Of a DNA stretch of 64,000 nt, positions 41,355-53,586 are shown piece by piece (position 1 is the first letter of the stretch; the number at the start of each line of letters is the position of its first letter). This DNA comes from the human T2T-CHM13v2.0 reference genome, Homo sapiens. The translations under genes were made by a program, and so were the position numbers. The stretch lies in the NCBI RefSeq assembly GCF_009914755.1, contig NC_060946.1; one strand, 5' to 3'. The notes beneath the pieces are model-generated. The model did no database searches. It was given only the letters and a program-made list of their open reading frames with translations, and was not told where the DNA came from.

Positions 41355-42654
41355 AGCTCCCAACACAGCGAGGCCCCAACTCTAAAATAAATCAAAATAA
41401 TAACGGTATCACAAATGGTAGCTTCCAGCCCCTCCCATTCCCAGGTCCTGTCTCAGACCAGCCAGCAGCAGCAAGGGAGCGAGTCCGTGTAGAAGCAGAG
41501 GGGCTGTACAGCTCCCTCGATCCCTCCATAGTGCAGGAGCCTCCCCTAATGCTTTCCCATGGGCTGATGGGGGCCTGGCCTGATGCTGGGACCCCTTGGC
41601 TGGTGGGGGACGAAACCCAGGCCCTGCTCCCTCTCAGCTGGGAGGCCTGGCTAGAGACAGACCTCTCTGGACCCAGTTTCCCCAGGCGAATTCTGCCATC
41701 GGTCCACACCAGTTATCCTCAGACTAGCTCTCTCTCTGTGCAAGCCTCTGCTTCCTCATCTGTAGAACGCTCAGAGTCTGTGAGGTTCTGGAGGCCTTCC
41801 TGGGTCCTCCCAGCATGGATAAGGGTCATTCACTGTCCACCGACACCAGCTCTGGGCCCAGCCCTGAGGGAAGTTACATGGGTCCTCACAACCTAGTGTG
41901 ACAGGAGCACTGAGGGAGGATGTTCACAGCTGATAACTCCCCTGTCTGGGGGACCAGAGATGGCTTCCTGGAGGAGGTGACCCTGTCATCCAGCAAATGC
42001 CTTCCACACCCTGTGCCAGGCCCAGTCCCTAGCTTCCAGGGATGGGAGCTGACAGGTCCCAGATCCGGTCTTTGAGGAGCTCACATTCCAGGAGGAGACG
42101 TGGGAAAACCTAAGTGCAGTGTGGCATGGGCTAAAATGGTGGTGTGTATGGACCTGGGGTGAGCTGCAAAGAGGGGTGGCAGCTGTCACTCACGGGGACT
42201 GCCTCAACGCCCTTCGAAGTTTCTTCCAACTCCACACAGCCAGGACTTTGCCTCAAGGCACTTCAGATTCAATCAAGAAAACAGTGCTTTATCTCCAGCC
42301 CTGCTCAGAGCCTTTCCCGGCTGTCTGAGGCACTCACCTGTCTGGCTACAGCAAGCCCTCTACCGGCATTAGGCTGACCGCAGGGGGCCCCAGGCCACTC
42401 CTGGACACAGATGCAACATGTCTCCACATGTGGAGGCTATGCCATCATCACACATGTCCACTGGCCATAAGACAAGTTGCCCTTGAAGGTGGGAAGAGAA
42501 ACTGTTCCCAGAATGGGGGGCAGGTGGCCTCCAGGGCTGGATTTGCTAACAGGGATTTCTCAAGCAGCAGAAGTTTCAAGGTGACCTGGTGAAGTGGGTA
42601 AGAGGCTCGGTCAGCCTCACATCGGGCTTCCCACAATCCAGGCTCGGGTTGTGA

Positions 42655-42980
42655 AAATGATAGAGAAAGTACATTTCGGGCACTGATTAGTTGGTAAAGA
42701 CAAATCTTACAGTCCCTATGGGACAGCCAGTTAAAAGCAGGCAGTATCACCCAGCGGTCAAGAGGAGAGACCTTCGGAACTGCCGGTTTGGGGCTTAAAT
42801 TCTAGCTCTCCTCTATCAACTGTGTAACCTTTGGCCAGTCACTTTACCTCTCCATGCCTCAGTTTCCTCACTTGAAAAATGGAAGGCATAGTCCCTATCT
42901 GGTAGGGTTCTTGAGAGGATTAAATGAGATCATGGACGTGGAACATGTAGCAGGGTGTCTGGAAGCAAACACTCAACATG
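42655..42980 (+). repeat. 326-bp inverted repeat arm B (near full-length MIR at about 42741-42980 plus flank), intron 2
   Basis: Reverse complement of 25152-25477; ORF track shows the shared MDVEHVA peptide on opposite strands. Confidence 0.95.
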
Positions 42981-43529
42981 GTGGTGAAGAACTGGGGAGA
43001 ATGTGGCAGCCATGTCCTCGGGGCATGCTCTGCTGAGAGTCCATCCTTTATTCTTATCACAGCAAAGAGCACAGTCAGTGAGATCTGCAGGACAGGGGGC
43101 TCACTGCCTCCAAGACTCCAACCCCAGCCTTGGCAGAACCCTACTCCAGCTCAGGACCTGCAGATGCAGGAACCCAGGGAGGGAAAGCAAGTTTCATCTA
43201 CTGCAAAAATGACTGGAGGGTGCGGTAATTGATTATTAATGTCTGCTATGGCAGAAGGTGATGGCATATTTGCCATCCCCGAAGTAGGCTTAGTTGAACA
43301 AAGGAAAGTCTTCTTTCCTAAGTGTTTCTTATTGTATGTTCTTGATAAGCAGCCATCTGTGAATGACACACCTGACTGTTCACCTCTGTGGGGATATAAG
43401 TATATGCATATGGTTTATATGAACAGTCGATGAACCAGAATACCTCATTTCCCAACCATTTTAGGTCCCAGGAATTGTTGGAAAAGACAAAGCTTTAGTT
43501 CTTTCACATCTTGAACAACACTGTGATCA

Positions 43530-43788
43530 TTGACATCAACATAGTGACGATGATGATGATCAGATACATCATCATCATCTTCTTCAGCACCATCATCATC
43601 AATATCACCATCATCATCACCCTCATCAACAGCACCATAACAGCACCATCAACATTATCATCACCACCATCAACATTATCATCACCACCATCAACATTAT
43701 CATCACCACCATCAACATTATCATCGCCATCAACATTATCATCACCCCCATCACCCTCATCATCAATAGCACCGTCATCATCATCACA
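43530..43788. repeat. (ATC/ACC)n low-complexity tract containing a 21-bp tandem unit CACCATCAACATTATCATCAC (about 4-5 copies from 43644)
   Basis: Direct read. Confidence 0.9.
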
Positions 43789-44780
43789 GTAAGGGCAGCT
43801 AGTGCTTATATACAGCATCATATGTGCCAAGCTATGTTCAAAGGCTTTAAATACATTAACTCATTTAATTCTCACACTATCTGTATGAAATAAGTACTAA
43901 CATTATGCCTATTTTATAGATAAACAAATGGAGGTTAAATGACTTGCCCAGGCTACACGGGCAGGATTTGAACCCAAGCCATCTGGCACCAAAGTCAATG
44001 CTTTAACTCCTAAGCTGACCTTAATAGAGGCTGTTAACACCCTCTTCTCAGAACAGAAAGCCACAGATAGGAATAACCACCTGCAGAAACACAGTGTGGA
44101 GAAACAGGTCTGTCAAACCTGGGCTCTAGTCCCCACCCAGGAAAGACCCTGCCCCCTCAGGCCTCCATTTTTCCATCTGTAAACCAAGGATGTGAACATC
44201 TGGATGGTTTCCCAGCTCCCTCAGGCCACTGCTGCACATGGTGCCCCTTCAGATTTCAGAGCCCCCAGTTGTCTCTCCATAGTCCTCCCAGAGAAGCCAG
44301 CAGGGATCTGATGGTTCTCCGTGTTTATGTGTTGGGGGTATGAGGTATATATGTGAGCACTCTGGCAGGCTGACTTGATTCAAATTGATGACTGTAAGTA
44401 GGTCCCCAGGGATGAGAAAACCAGAGTGCTAAAAGAACAGGGTCTACACAGGCCTCCAGAATCCATGCCAACACTCACTCACTGAGGGTTTAGGAAGCCC
44501 ATAACCAAACGATGTCCTCCTTTTGGTTCCTAACAATTGTTCTCATACTGTTAACATGGCAACTCAACAGACACTGATTCATGACCCATGCTACCCTAAG
44601 TCTGTTATCAGGAATTTCCAGCTCATGCAGCCCCACCAGACCACAAGCTTCTGGAGACCAAGGACTATGTTGCACCATAACTATCACCTCCCAGGTATGC
44701 AGAACTGAGCAATTTTCAAAGGTCTTCACCATTCATAGTCTCATTTGAGCCTGAAACTACTTTGACAGCTAGTGAGAACA

Positions 44781-45070
44781 GGTGATGATGATGATGATGA
44801 TGATGATGGTGATGATGATGGTGATGGTGATGGTGATGATGATGGTGATGATGATGATGATGGTGATGATGATGGTGATGATGATAATGATGATGGTGGT
44901 GATGATGGTGATGGTGATGATGGTGATGGTGATGTTGGTGGTGATGATAATGATGATGGTGATGATGGTGGTGATGATGATGGTGATGAAGATGATAATG
45001 ATGATGGTGATGATGATGATGGTGATGATGATGATAATGATGATGGTGATAATGCAGATGATGATAATGA
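44781..45070. repeat. (GAT/GGT)n trinucleotide tract, about 96 triplets
   Basis: Direct read; source of the poly-D/G, poly-M and poly-S ORFs. Confidence 0.95.
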
Positions 45071-47335
45071 CAGGATCATGGTGAAGACTTTGCCATCTGT
45101 ATATGGAGCACACTCTACGGAATGAGTGCCTACTGTGTATTGGATGCCAGCCCCCAGTGCACTATACTGTGCCTCACTCAATCTTCAGGCTGACCTGTGA
45201 TGGGGAGTATTTTTGGCCCGCACAACCAAAGGAGAAACTAAGGCTCAGTGAGGGCAAGTTACCACCCAGATGTTCACATGAGAGGTGGGTTGCAACCCAG
45301 GCTCCCCTCGAAGAGACCAGCCTTGTCTCTGCTTTCCTCTGTCTCATTGCACAGGGTCAAGATGACACCAGGGCCAGAACGAGCCCTTCCACAGACCCCA
45401 CACTCCGCACTCCCCTCTGTGGATATCTTACAGGTTGCTCATCTAATGTGAAGTCCTGTCCGGGCAAAGGAGAGCCAACTCAGACTAAATGTTTTCTGCA
45501 GACCCGCGCTAGTGCCAGGCCCTGCCCCGTGAGCTGGGAACACGGCTACAAATGTAAAAGAACCTCTAATTGAGGAGCTCACTGGGAGCTCCTGGGGGCA
45601 TGGCCTGAGTTTGACAGCTTCGGTATGGTGGCCCTTACAGCAAGCTTATGGTGGGCCCTCAATAAATGAGCTCACAGTTCTGTGGGGGACCAAGACAAGT
45701 AATTATGACCTAGAGTCAGAAGTGTGATGATGGAGGGAAGCCCAGAAGCCTCTGGGAGCAGGGTAGGTACCCATTGCAGTCTAGCATGCATGTGTGTGCA
45801 CGTGTAAGTGTGTGTATATAAGTGGAGGTATCAGAGAAGGCTTCCTGGAGGAGGCAAACCTAAAGAATGATTAGCCTTCAGATTTAGACAGGATACAGAA
45901 AGAAGGTAAGGAGCTCCAGGCAGGCGGAAAATCTGAGCTGGGGCTCACAAACATAGAGCAACCAAGTGTGTGTGCATGCATGTGTGTCTGTGTGTATGTC
46001 TGTGTGTGTGTGTGTGTGTCTGTGTGTGCATGCATGTGCCAGGACAGAGGTGTTGTTCAGTGTTTCAGGATGTGAAGGGTGGAGGCCCGAATTTGGCTGG
46101 AGAGATAGGGAGACCCCTGGCAGTTCCCGAAGCACATTCACAAGCCTCCTCTTGTCTCATCTTCATACCCAGCAGGACAAAACAATTTCCTTTTCTAGCA
46201 GGTGAGAACATGAAGCCTACAGAGCCAGTGAGCAGCAGAGCTGGGCTTGGGACAAAAGTCTGACTCCTAACTCGGGGGTCAAGCAGAGTAAGGAGTTAAA
46301 GCTGAACTCCGAAAAATTTTAGGGAAACAGGTAAGGCCTCCCGGGCAGGGGACAGCAGGAGAGGGCCTAAGGAGGAGCTGGGCTTGGGAAGGAAGAGGCC
46401 AGGTCAGTGGCTTAAACCAGCAGAGATAGGGGGGTCAACCATGGCCCCGCCTTTCCGGGACACTGGGTCTGGAAGGCAGAGTAGAGGGTCAGAAAGCGGT
46501 CACACCAGCCTCACATGTACCACTCGAACCAGCGAGCTAACCTCTGGCCCTGCCAGCAGCCGGGCCAGCCGCCCCACCAGGCTTCTCACTCATGGCCTCC
46601 TCTGTGTGCCTCCAGCCTGGCCTCCTTCCAGAGGTCTGTGGGTAGGCGCCAGCTCCCCACTTTGGGTTCTGGGCCCTGAGCGTGCCAGGAATATTACCCA
46701 ACCAGGCATGATCCAGGGCGATGTCATCTGCCCAGCACTCAGCCTTAAATAAATGCTCAACAAATGTGAAGGATAAACACCACCAGCATCCCAGGGAGGA
46801 GTGGCTGCATCGCCCACAAAACTCTAGCCCTGTAAACGCCTTATACAGAAAGAGCAGGGACCCATCCTGTGCTCCCATGTCACTTTCCTAATACAAATAT
46901 CAAACTTGGAAAAATTCAGCTGGCAGGGCCCAGGGAGAAGAAAACTAGCTGCCAGAGTTGTTGAGTGGGAGTTACAAGACCTGGATTTCAGTCCTTGTCA
47001 TATCACTGTGAACATGGGAATCTTGCAAAAGATGCTTCTCCTGTCTGAGCCTCAGCTTTCCTCATTTATACGATGGGTGCAGACAGGGAAGACTGGGATC
47101 AGTGATCCCATCCAGGGGTGTCTGTCTGTCTCGGAGAGAGCTATTTCCAGCCCCCAGATGCCCAGTCCTGCCCCAGACCCATGGGGTGAGGACGGCCATG
47201 CAGACTCTCATGGACAAAAGCTCCAAAGGTTCCAATGGGCTTGCAGAGTCCTGGCACCAAACACAGCCAGAGCTGCTCTTTTCTCTCTAACTTTTAGCCT
47301 GCTGGGGAGGCAGTTTTTAATAGCAGGAGGGCTAA

Positions 47336-47887
<552 letters not shown>

Positions 47888-48146
47888 TAAAAAGAACAAA
47901 AAGTTTCAAGCCCAGTTGAGAATCAGGCACCCCATGACTCTAACTCCACCCTTCCAGGGAAGCAGCCGGCATTTCCGAAAAGTTCACTGCCTCCCTCCTG
48001 AGGCTGAGAGAAGCCTGTGCTGTCAGCAACCACAATGGTGGTGCTGGAGGCTCAGCCCCAGCTGGTGATGAATGGGGCAGGCATCGGCCACCTACAGCAG
48101 CCCTGGCAGCCTCAGGGTCTGCCCGGGAGGGCCGGGCTGGACTCAC

Positions 48147-48278
48147 CTTCACACTGCTTGCCTTCCCCCTTGTAGCCTGGCTTGCAGAGGCATTTGTAGG
48201 ACTTGGGCGTGTTCTGACAGATGGCATCGATGTGGCAGTCATCTGTGCCCTCTGAGCACTCATCCACGTCGACTGACC
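48147..48278 (-). CDS. SCUBE1: SCUBE1 coding exon 2 (132 nt): calcium-binding EGF-like domain 1, [44 protein letters not shown]
   Basis: Acceptor cccctacccacAG (48280-48279), donor AAG|GTGAGT (48146); contained in ORF 48112..48378; phase 1-1. Confidence 0.96.
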
Positions 48279-48604
48279 CTGTGGGTAGGGGTGTGGGGGG
48301 AATAAGAGGTAAGGTGTGGCCCCAGGGCAGGTGGCCGATAGTGTAGGGCAGGGGGAGCTCTTGCCTTTGCCCGTCCATTGATCGGTGGGCTCATTGGCAA
48401 TAACAGCTGTCACAGGACAATCTGGTGTGACAAGTGGCAACTGGTAGCATCTTTGGCGCAGCTACTCTGTGGCAGGGACAATGCTATCAATACGCTTGGC
48501 CTTATTTATTGTCGCAACCATCCCATTGAGCTATTGTTCTGCTAAAAAGATGAGAAAACTGAGGCTTAAGGAGACAGTGAGGAAGAACCTCCTCCTCCGT
48601 CTGT

Positions 48605-49054
48605 CCTACTCCCCCAACAAGCATCACTCCAGCCCTCCCCTACTCTCCTCACTCTATCCCCTACTCTCCTTACTCTATCCCCCCACAAGCATCACTCCAG
48701 CCCTCCCCCATTCTCCTCACTCTATCCCCCCACAAGCATTGCTCCAACCCTCCCCCACTCTCCTCATTCTACCCCCCACAAGCATAGCTCCAACCCTCCC
48801 CCCACTCTCCTCATTCTATCCCCCCACAAGCATTGCTTCAACCCTCCCCCACTCTCCTCATTCTATCCCCCCACAAGCATCACTCCAGCCCTCCCCTACT
48901 CTCCTCACTATCCCCCCACAAGCATCACTCCAACCCTCCCCTACTCTCCTCATTCTACCCCCCCAACAAGCATAGCTCCAACCCTCCCCCCACTCTCCTC
49001 ATTCTACCCCCCCCAAAGCATAGCTCCAACCCTCCCCCCACTCTCCTCATTCTA
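48605..49054. repeat. C-rich minisatellite with about 46-48-bp unit (CCCCCCACAAGCATCACTCCAACCCTCCCCCACTCTCCTCATTCTAT), about 9-10 units
   Basis: ACAAGCAT recurs at about 48732, 48778, 48826, 48873, 48918, 48966. Confidence 0.9.
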
Positions 49055-49520
49055 GAATTTAGAGCCAGAAGGGTCCTTGGAGGAGTTTAAATCTAGTCCC
49101 TTTGGGTTCCAGATGGGGACACCAAGGCCATGCCAGGAGGCTCCTGCAGGTCACCTGAACGTGGGATCCCACCCTGCCCCTAGCCTGTGGAAACACGGGA
49201 TTCATCATCTGGCTTCCACGCCCCCACACCAAAGTGTCTGGTGGCAGAACCACACCCTCAACTGGGCTAACCTGAGCCCATCCATGGTTCTGACTCCCCA
49301 CATGGTCCTCCCTCCTCGGAAATCCACACGTGAACCTGGTTTTCATGTCCCAACTTATAAATGCAAGTTCAGTCTAGGCTTTGAGGGCTCCCGACACTCT
49401 CTACCTCCTGCCCCCAACACATATACACTTTCAGTCTGGAACAGCTGTTGGGGCAAATTGTGCAAAATAGATTCTGTGTATCCATTCCATCTATACACCC
49501 CAAGCCTCTCTCCTTGTCTC

Positions 49521-49524
<4 letters not shown>

Positions 49525-49567
<43 letters not shown>
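49525..49567. repeat. (AC)21 microsatellite
   Basis: Direct read. Confidence 0.96.
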
Positions 49568-49571
<4 letters not shown>

Positions 49572-52209
49572 TCAGGCAGGGAGGGGACGTGCCTCTTGTC
49601 GGGCACAGTTCAGCACAGTCAGAGCTGTACCTATAATCCAGGTTGATTCCTCAGGTTATAGATGAGGAAACTGAGGCCCAGTGAGGTGAAATCTGTTATG
49701 GGTCAGTAGCTCACTGGGGCTGAGACTGGACTCTGACACAGAATGAGCTTTCCTATGTGCCATGTGACTTCTAGCTAGCAATGCATGAAATGTAGACATG
49801 ACAGACAGACAGAAGGACCCAGGAGTGCAGCAGTGCAAGGAACTCTCAGCAGCTGCCATGAGGGCAGTGCCCCAGGGGTAAGCTTGGAATGTCCCCATCT
49901 CTTCATGCCTCTGGTCTCACCTTAGATTGCTGGGTCCCCAAGAGTGTCCACTCTAAATTTCTCCCCTGGATAATATCTGGGTTCGAAATCTGCCAGTGGG
50001 GCCTATGAGATCCATGCCCCCCAGGGCTTCTCCTTCTTTGCCCTAGCCCCTAAGTCTCCTGCCCACCCCTGAAGGAAGAGAGGCATCAACAAGAAACACA
50101 ACAGCATGACCCCCCTGCACACACACACACACACACATGCATGCACGTGTGCGCACACACACGGCAGGTGGCATTGCTTTCCGGGGGGGGCTACCCATCT
50201 GCTCAGGTGGGCGGCCTGTCCTAGACAGCTGCCCAGGGGAAGAGTGGAAAGGGGACAAGGAGGCAGGAACTGGAGGGGGCCCAGCCGGCAACTGGATGGC
50301 TGGGCCAGCAGGAACATCCATGAGGGCCTTCTGGGGAAGTGGCAACAGAGGGACACTGTGCAGGACTGGCACTGCCTCTAAGGCAGGGACCCAGAGGCCA
50401 GAGAGGGCCCATCTCCAGGCTTCTGTTTGGGAGGACTGGGGTCACTTATGAGACAGGACCAGCAGGGGCAGTGGGCCACAGATATGGCTCTTCCCACTTC
50501 CCAGGGGCCAGTATGTAGGAATGAGGGGTGGGAGCCCCTTGTGCCCTCACCCCTAATCTCCCACCTAGGCAGGTGTCTTCACTGGAATGGAAATGGATGG
50601 ATGTTGATGAGGGGTGGGTGGAGCTATCTCCCAACACACCTTTAAACACTTGGGTGTCCTTGGTGTGGAGTGTGGGGAGAGGACATGGGAGTTTGAGGAG
50701 AGAGAGGGAGAAGCCACTTGTCCCCATCGGTTCTCTGCCATGCTCCCGCTCCTGTCTGGGCTGGAGACTCCCCTGCAGGGCGACCCAGCCCTCCTAGCAC
50801 AGGCTGCTCCCTTTGACTCTGGTTTGCTTATGCTGGGGACATGCTGCTGGGGTTTCACAGTCACAGGGCTTCCACGGAGAGGGTCGTGGAGGAGACAGAG
50901 TCAGATACAGAGAGACACGAGGAGGGACACAGGTGGGGATAGGCACGCCCAGGAACAGTCACTCAGAGGTGAGGGACCCCAAAGCTTGGGAGAGACACCC
51001 ACAGACACAAGGGGGATGATGGGGCAGCAGGGCTGGGCTTCCAGGAGGGGTGTTGCTGTGGAAGAGTCTCACAGGCCCAGCATCCTCACTCGGGGCACGC
51101 GGGACCACCAGGAATAGACCCTACGCCACCCATACCAGACCTCAGGAAGCCGGGAAGGACGTGCAGGACCCTCCCCCTGCCTCCCCCTCCAAGCAGAGCA
51201 CCGGAGGAAGCGCCTCTGATGACGAGGAGGGGAGAATGTGACTCCAGCTTTTCGGGAAGCCCCTGAAGACAGAGAGCAGGAGGGGACCGGGTGGGAGGGT
51301 GGGGGGGTCCCCGTGAAACCCACGGGCCTGGGCCTGTGGCCTCCGGGTCTCCCCCTCCCCTTCCTGGGTCTGCTCCACCGACGTCCCGCGTCCGGACTCT
51401 CCTCCCTGTGTCTGTCCTCCGGATCCTCTGCCTTCCTTCCCTCTGTCTTTCCTCCCCGTCCTGTCAGACGGTCCCGGTCCCTCGTCTGCGGCTTTCCAGG
51501 TATCTCTGTCCCTCTCTCTTTCCCGGTCTCCCTCTCACCGCCCCCCCCAACCCCGTTTTTCTGCGGCGTCCATCTGTCCCCCGTCTCCTCCTCTCTCTCT
51601 CCCTTATCATCGGTGGGACCATCCCTCTTGATTCCCCCTGATCCACCGGCCTCCTCCTCCTTCCCCGGGCGGTGCGGGCCTCCTCTCTACCCTTCCGCAT
51701 CTGTCTTTTCTCCGGGCTTCCTTTTGTCTGCTCCCTCGGCGCCGGCTCTTCTGTCCGTCTGTCCCGCACCTCCCGCCCCGTCCCGGTCTCTCGGTCCGTC
51801 CCTTTCCCCGTCCACCTCCTGGCGTGTCCCCCTCCGCCCGCCCCGCCCCGCGCCCCCTCTCCCAGGAGGAGCGCCCCTCTGCGCTCGGGGTCCCGCCCCG
51901 CCCAGGTCCGCACGCGGGGTCCCCGGGAACCGCCGCCTTTCTTCCTCGCTCCCGCGCTCGCGCTTCCCCTCCCGGGGCCCCGGCCCACCCACCCCTGCTG
52001 CGGCCCCGCCGGACTCAGGAGCCCCGGCCGCCCGGGCTGCGGGGAGGGGGCGCCCCGGGCCGGCCCTAGAAGTTACTTTGCAAAGAGGCAGGGGGCGCGG
52101 GGCCGCGCGGGGCGAGCTCGGGATCCGCGGGGAAGAAGCCCTCCGGGACCGCGCCTCGGCCGCCCGAGCCCCCCGCGCCCGCCGCCCCCCACCTCGGTCG
52201 GGGGCTTAC

Positions 52210-52297
52210 CTGGGAGCCCGCTGCCCCCGGCCAGCCGCCCGCGTGTGCCCAGGGCCAGCAGCACGCACAAGTGCCAGCGCACGGCCGCCGCGCCCAT
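52210..52297 (-). CDS. SCUBE1: SCUBE1 coding exon 1 (88 nt coding): signal peptide [29 protein letters not shown]
   Basis: ATG at 52297 in strong Kozak context (agcATGg), hydrophobic signal-peptide core, donor CAG|GTAAG (52209); 88 nt leaves phase 1, matching exon 2. Confidence 0.95.
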
Positions 52298-52440
52298 GCT
52301 CAATGCGGGCCCCGCTGGGCGTGCGGGCGTGCGGGGCGCGGGGACCCGACCGACCGGCCGCTCCCGCAGGCGCTGCTCGCTGCTCGCCGCTCCGCCACCG
52401 CTCGGGCTCCCGAGCCGCCCAGCCAGCCCGGCTGATGAGC

Positions 52441-52504
52441 TGACAGCGCGCGCTCATTGGCCCGTGGCGTCGGAGGGGCGGGGCGTCGCCCAGGGCCGGC
52501 CAAT
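52441..52504 (-). promoter_or_regulatory. TATA-less proximal promoter: two oppositely oriented CCAAT boxes flanking a GC box
   Basis: ATTGG at 52456-52460, GGGGCGGGGC at 52475-52484, CCAAT at 52500-52504 and TGACAG at 52441-52446, 145-210 nt upstream of the ATG. Confidence 0.7.
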
Positions 52505-53533
52505 GGGCGCCGGCCTCCGGCCCTCCGAGGAAGAGGGGGGCTCGGGCGTCGTCGGGGGGACCCTTCCCCTGGGGCGGGCGGCAGGTGGGGGGTGTGGGCC
52601 TGGCCGGCCGGCTCGCTAGGCGCGGGGTCTAGGCCAGGCTGGGGCTGCTTGGAGGCTGCGCCCTCCCCTGCCCGCGGCGCCCCGGCCCCCGCCGTCGAGA
52701 GTGGACGCCCCTCTGGGGTAACCCCTCCCGGCCCAGAGGCAGCCTCGGGGGCGGGGATCCTGCGAACCGGGGATCCCGTGAGGTCGCCCGCCATCCGTGG
52801 GCAGTGAAACGCGCCAGCGCGCAGAGCAGACTCGCCTGCGCTGCCGTTTGCTGGACGTTTCTTGAGCACCTACTGGGGACCGAGTGCGGGCGAGGCAGCA
52901 GCGAAGGAACCGGGAGGGGAAACCTCGTGAAGATCACTTGAAAATTGACGTTCAAAACAAACGAACTTTTTAGCACTCGTCAAAGGACAGTGGCCCGTCA
53001 GTGTGCTTGTCACGGGGCGGCCGCAGGACCTGCGTCTGGAACCGGGCGGGCGCCCGGGACGGACAATGCCGCTTGGCGGTCGGTCCCGCGGGAGGCCCCC
53101 GCACGGGGCTAACCTCGGCCGGCGAAGTTCGCTGCCCGGAATGCGAGGCCGAGGCCTCCCCCTGTGACAGACCGGGCGGGGCCAGGAGGAGGGGCAGGGC
53201 GGGCATCCCGGTCCGAAGACCCAGGAACTGCTCTGGCCTGGCCTGGGGTCTACACCTGACGCCTGGCGAGGGTTGGCTTCGGGTCTGGTCCCACCGGGCC
53301 TGGGAGGGACGGGCGGCTGGAAATAAATGGCCCCTCTCAGTTCCAGGCAGGACGCTTTAAGGGACGAAAGTTCAGCAAACCCCAAGGCCCATCTCCTTGA
53401 CAACCACCAATAAGAGCTCCTTTTTTCTTCTCCTGCTCTCCAGGCCCAACTCAAAGACAACTCTTTTCTCTTTTTGTCCACTCTGCCTGCACCAGTTTGA
53501 GCCCCTCCACACCAGCTCCCTTTCCTGCCCCCA

Positions 53534-53539
53534 ACACAC

Positions 53540-53584
<45 letters not shown>
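53534..53584. repeat. Interrupted (AC)~25 microsatellite upstream of the promoter
   Basis: Direct read. Confidence 0.95.

Positions 53585-53586
<2 letters not shown>

Larger units (their letters stand above)
51640..53330. promoter_or_regulatory. CpG island spanning the SCUBE1 promoter, exon 1 and start of intron 1
   Basis: Very high GC and dense CpG compared with CpG-depleted flanks; contains the ATG. Confidence 0.9.

Noticed and set aside
44741-45181. Poly-Met, poly-Asp/Gly, poly-Ile and poly-Ser ORFs
   Set aside because: Translations of the (GAT/GGT)n simple repeat
52298-52303. Upstream TTG start extending the SCUBE1 N-terminus (MSM...)
   Set aside because: Artefact of alternative start codons in the ORF caller; the ATG at 52297 has a strong Kozak context
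51238-52443. 401-aa plus-strand ORF (and overlapping 315-aa ORF) antisense to exon 1
   Set aside because: Non-ATG start, Pro/Ser/Arg/Gly low complexity and no domain; expected stop-codon scarcity in a CpG island
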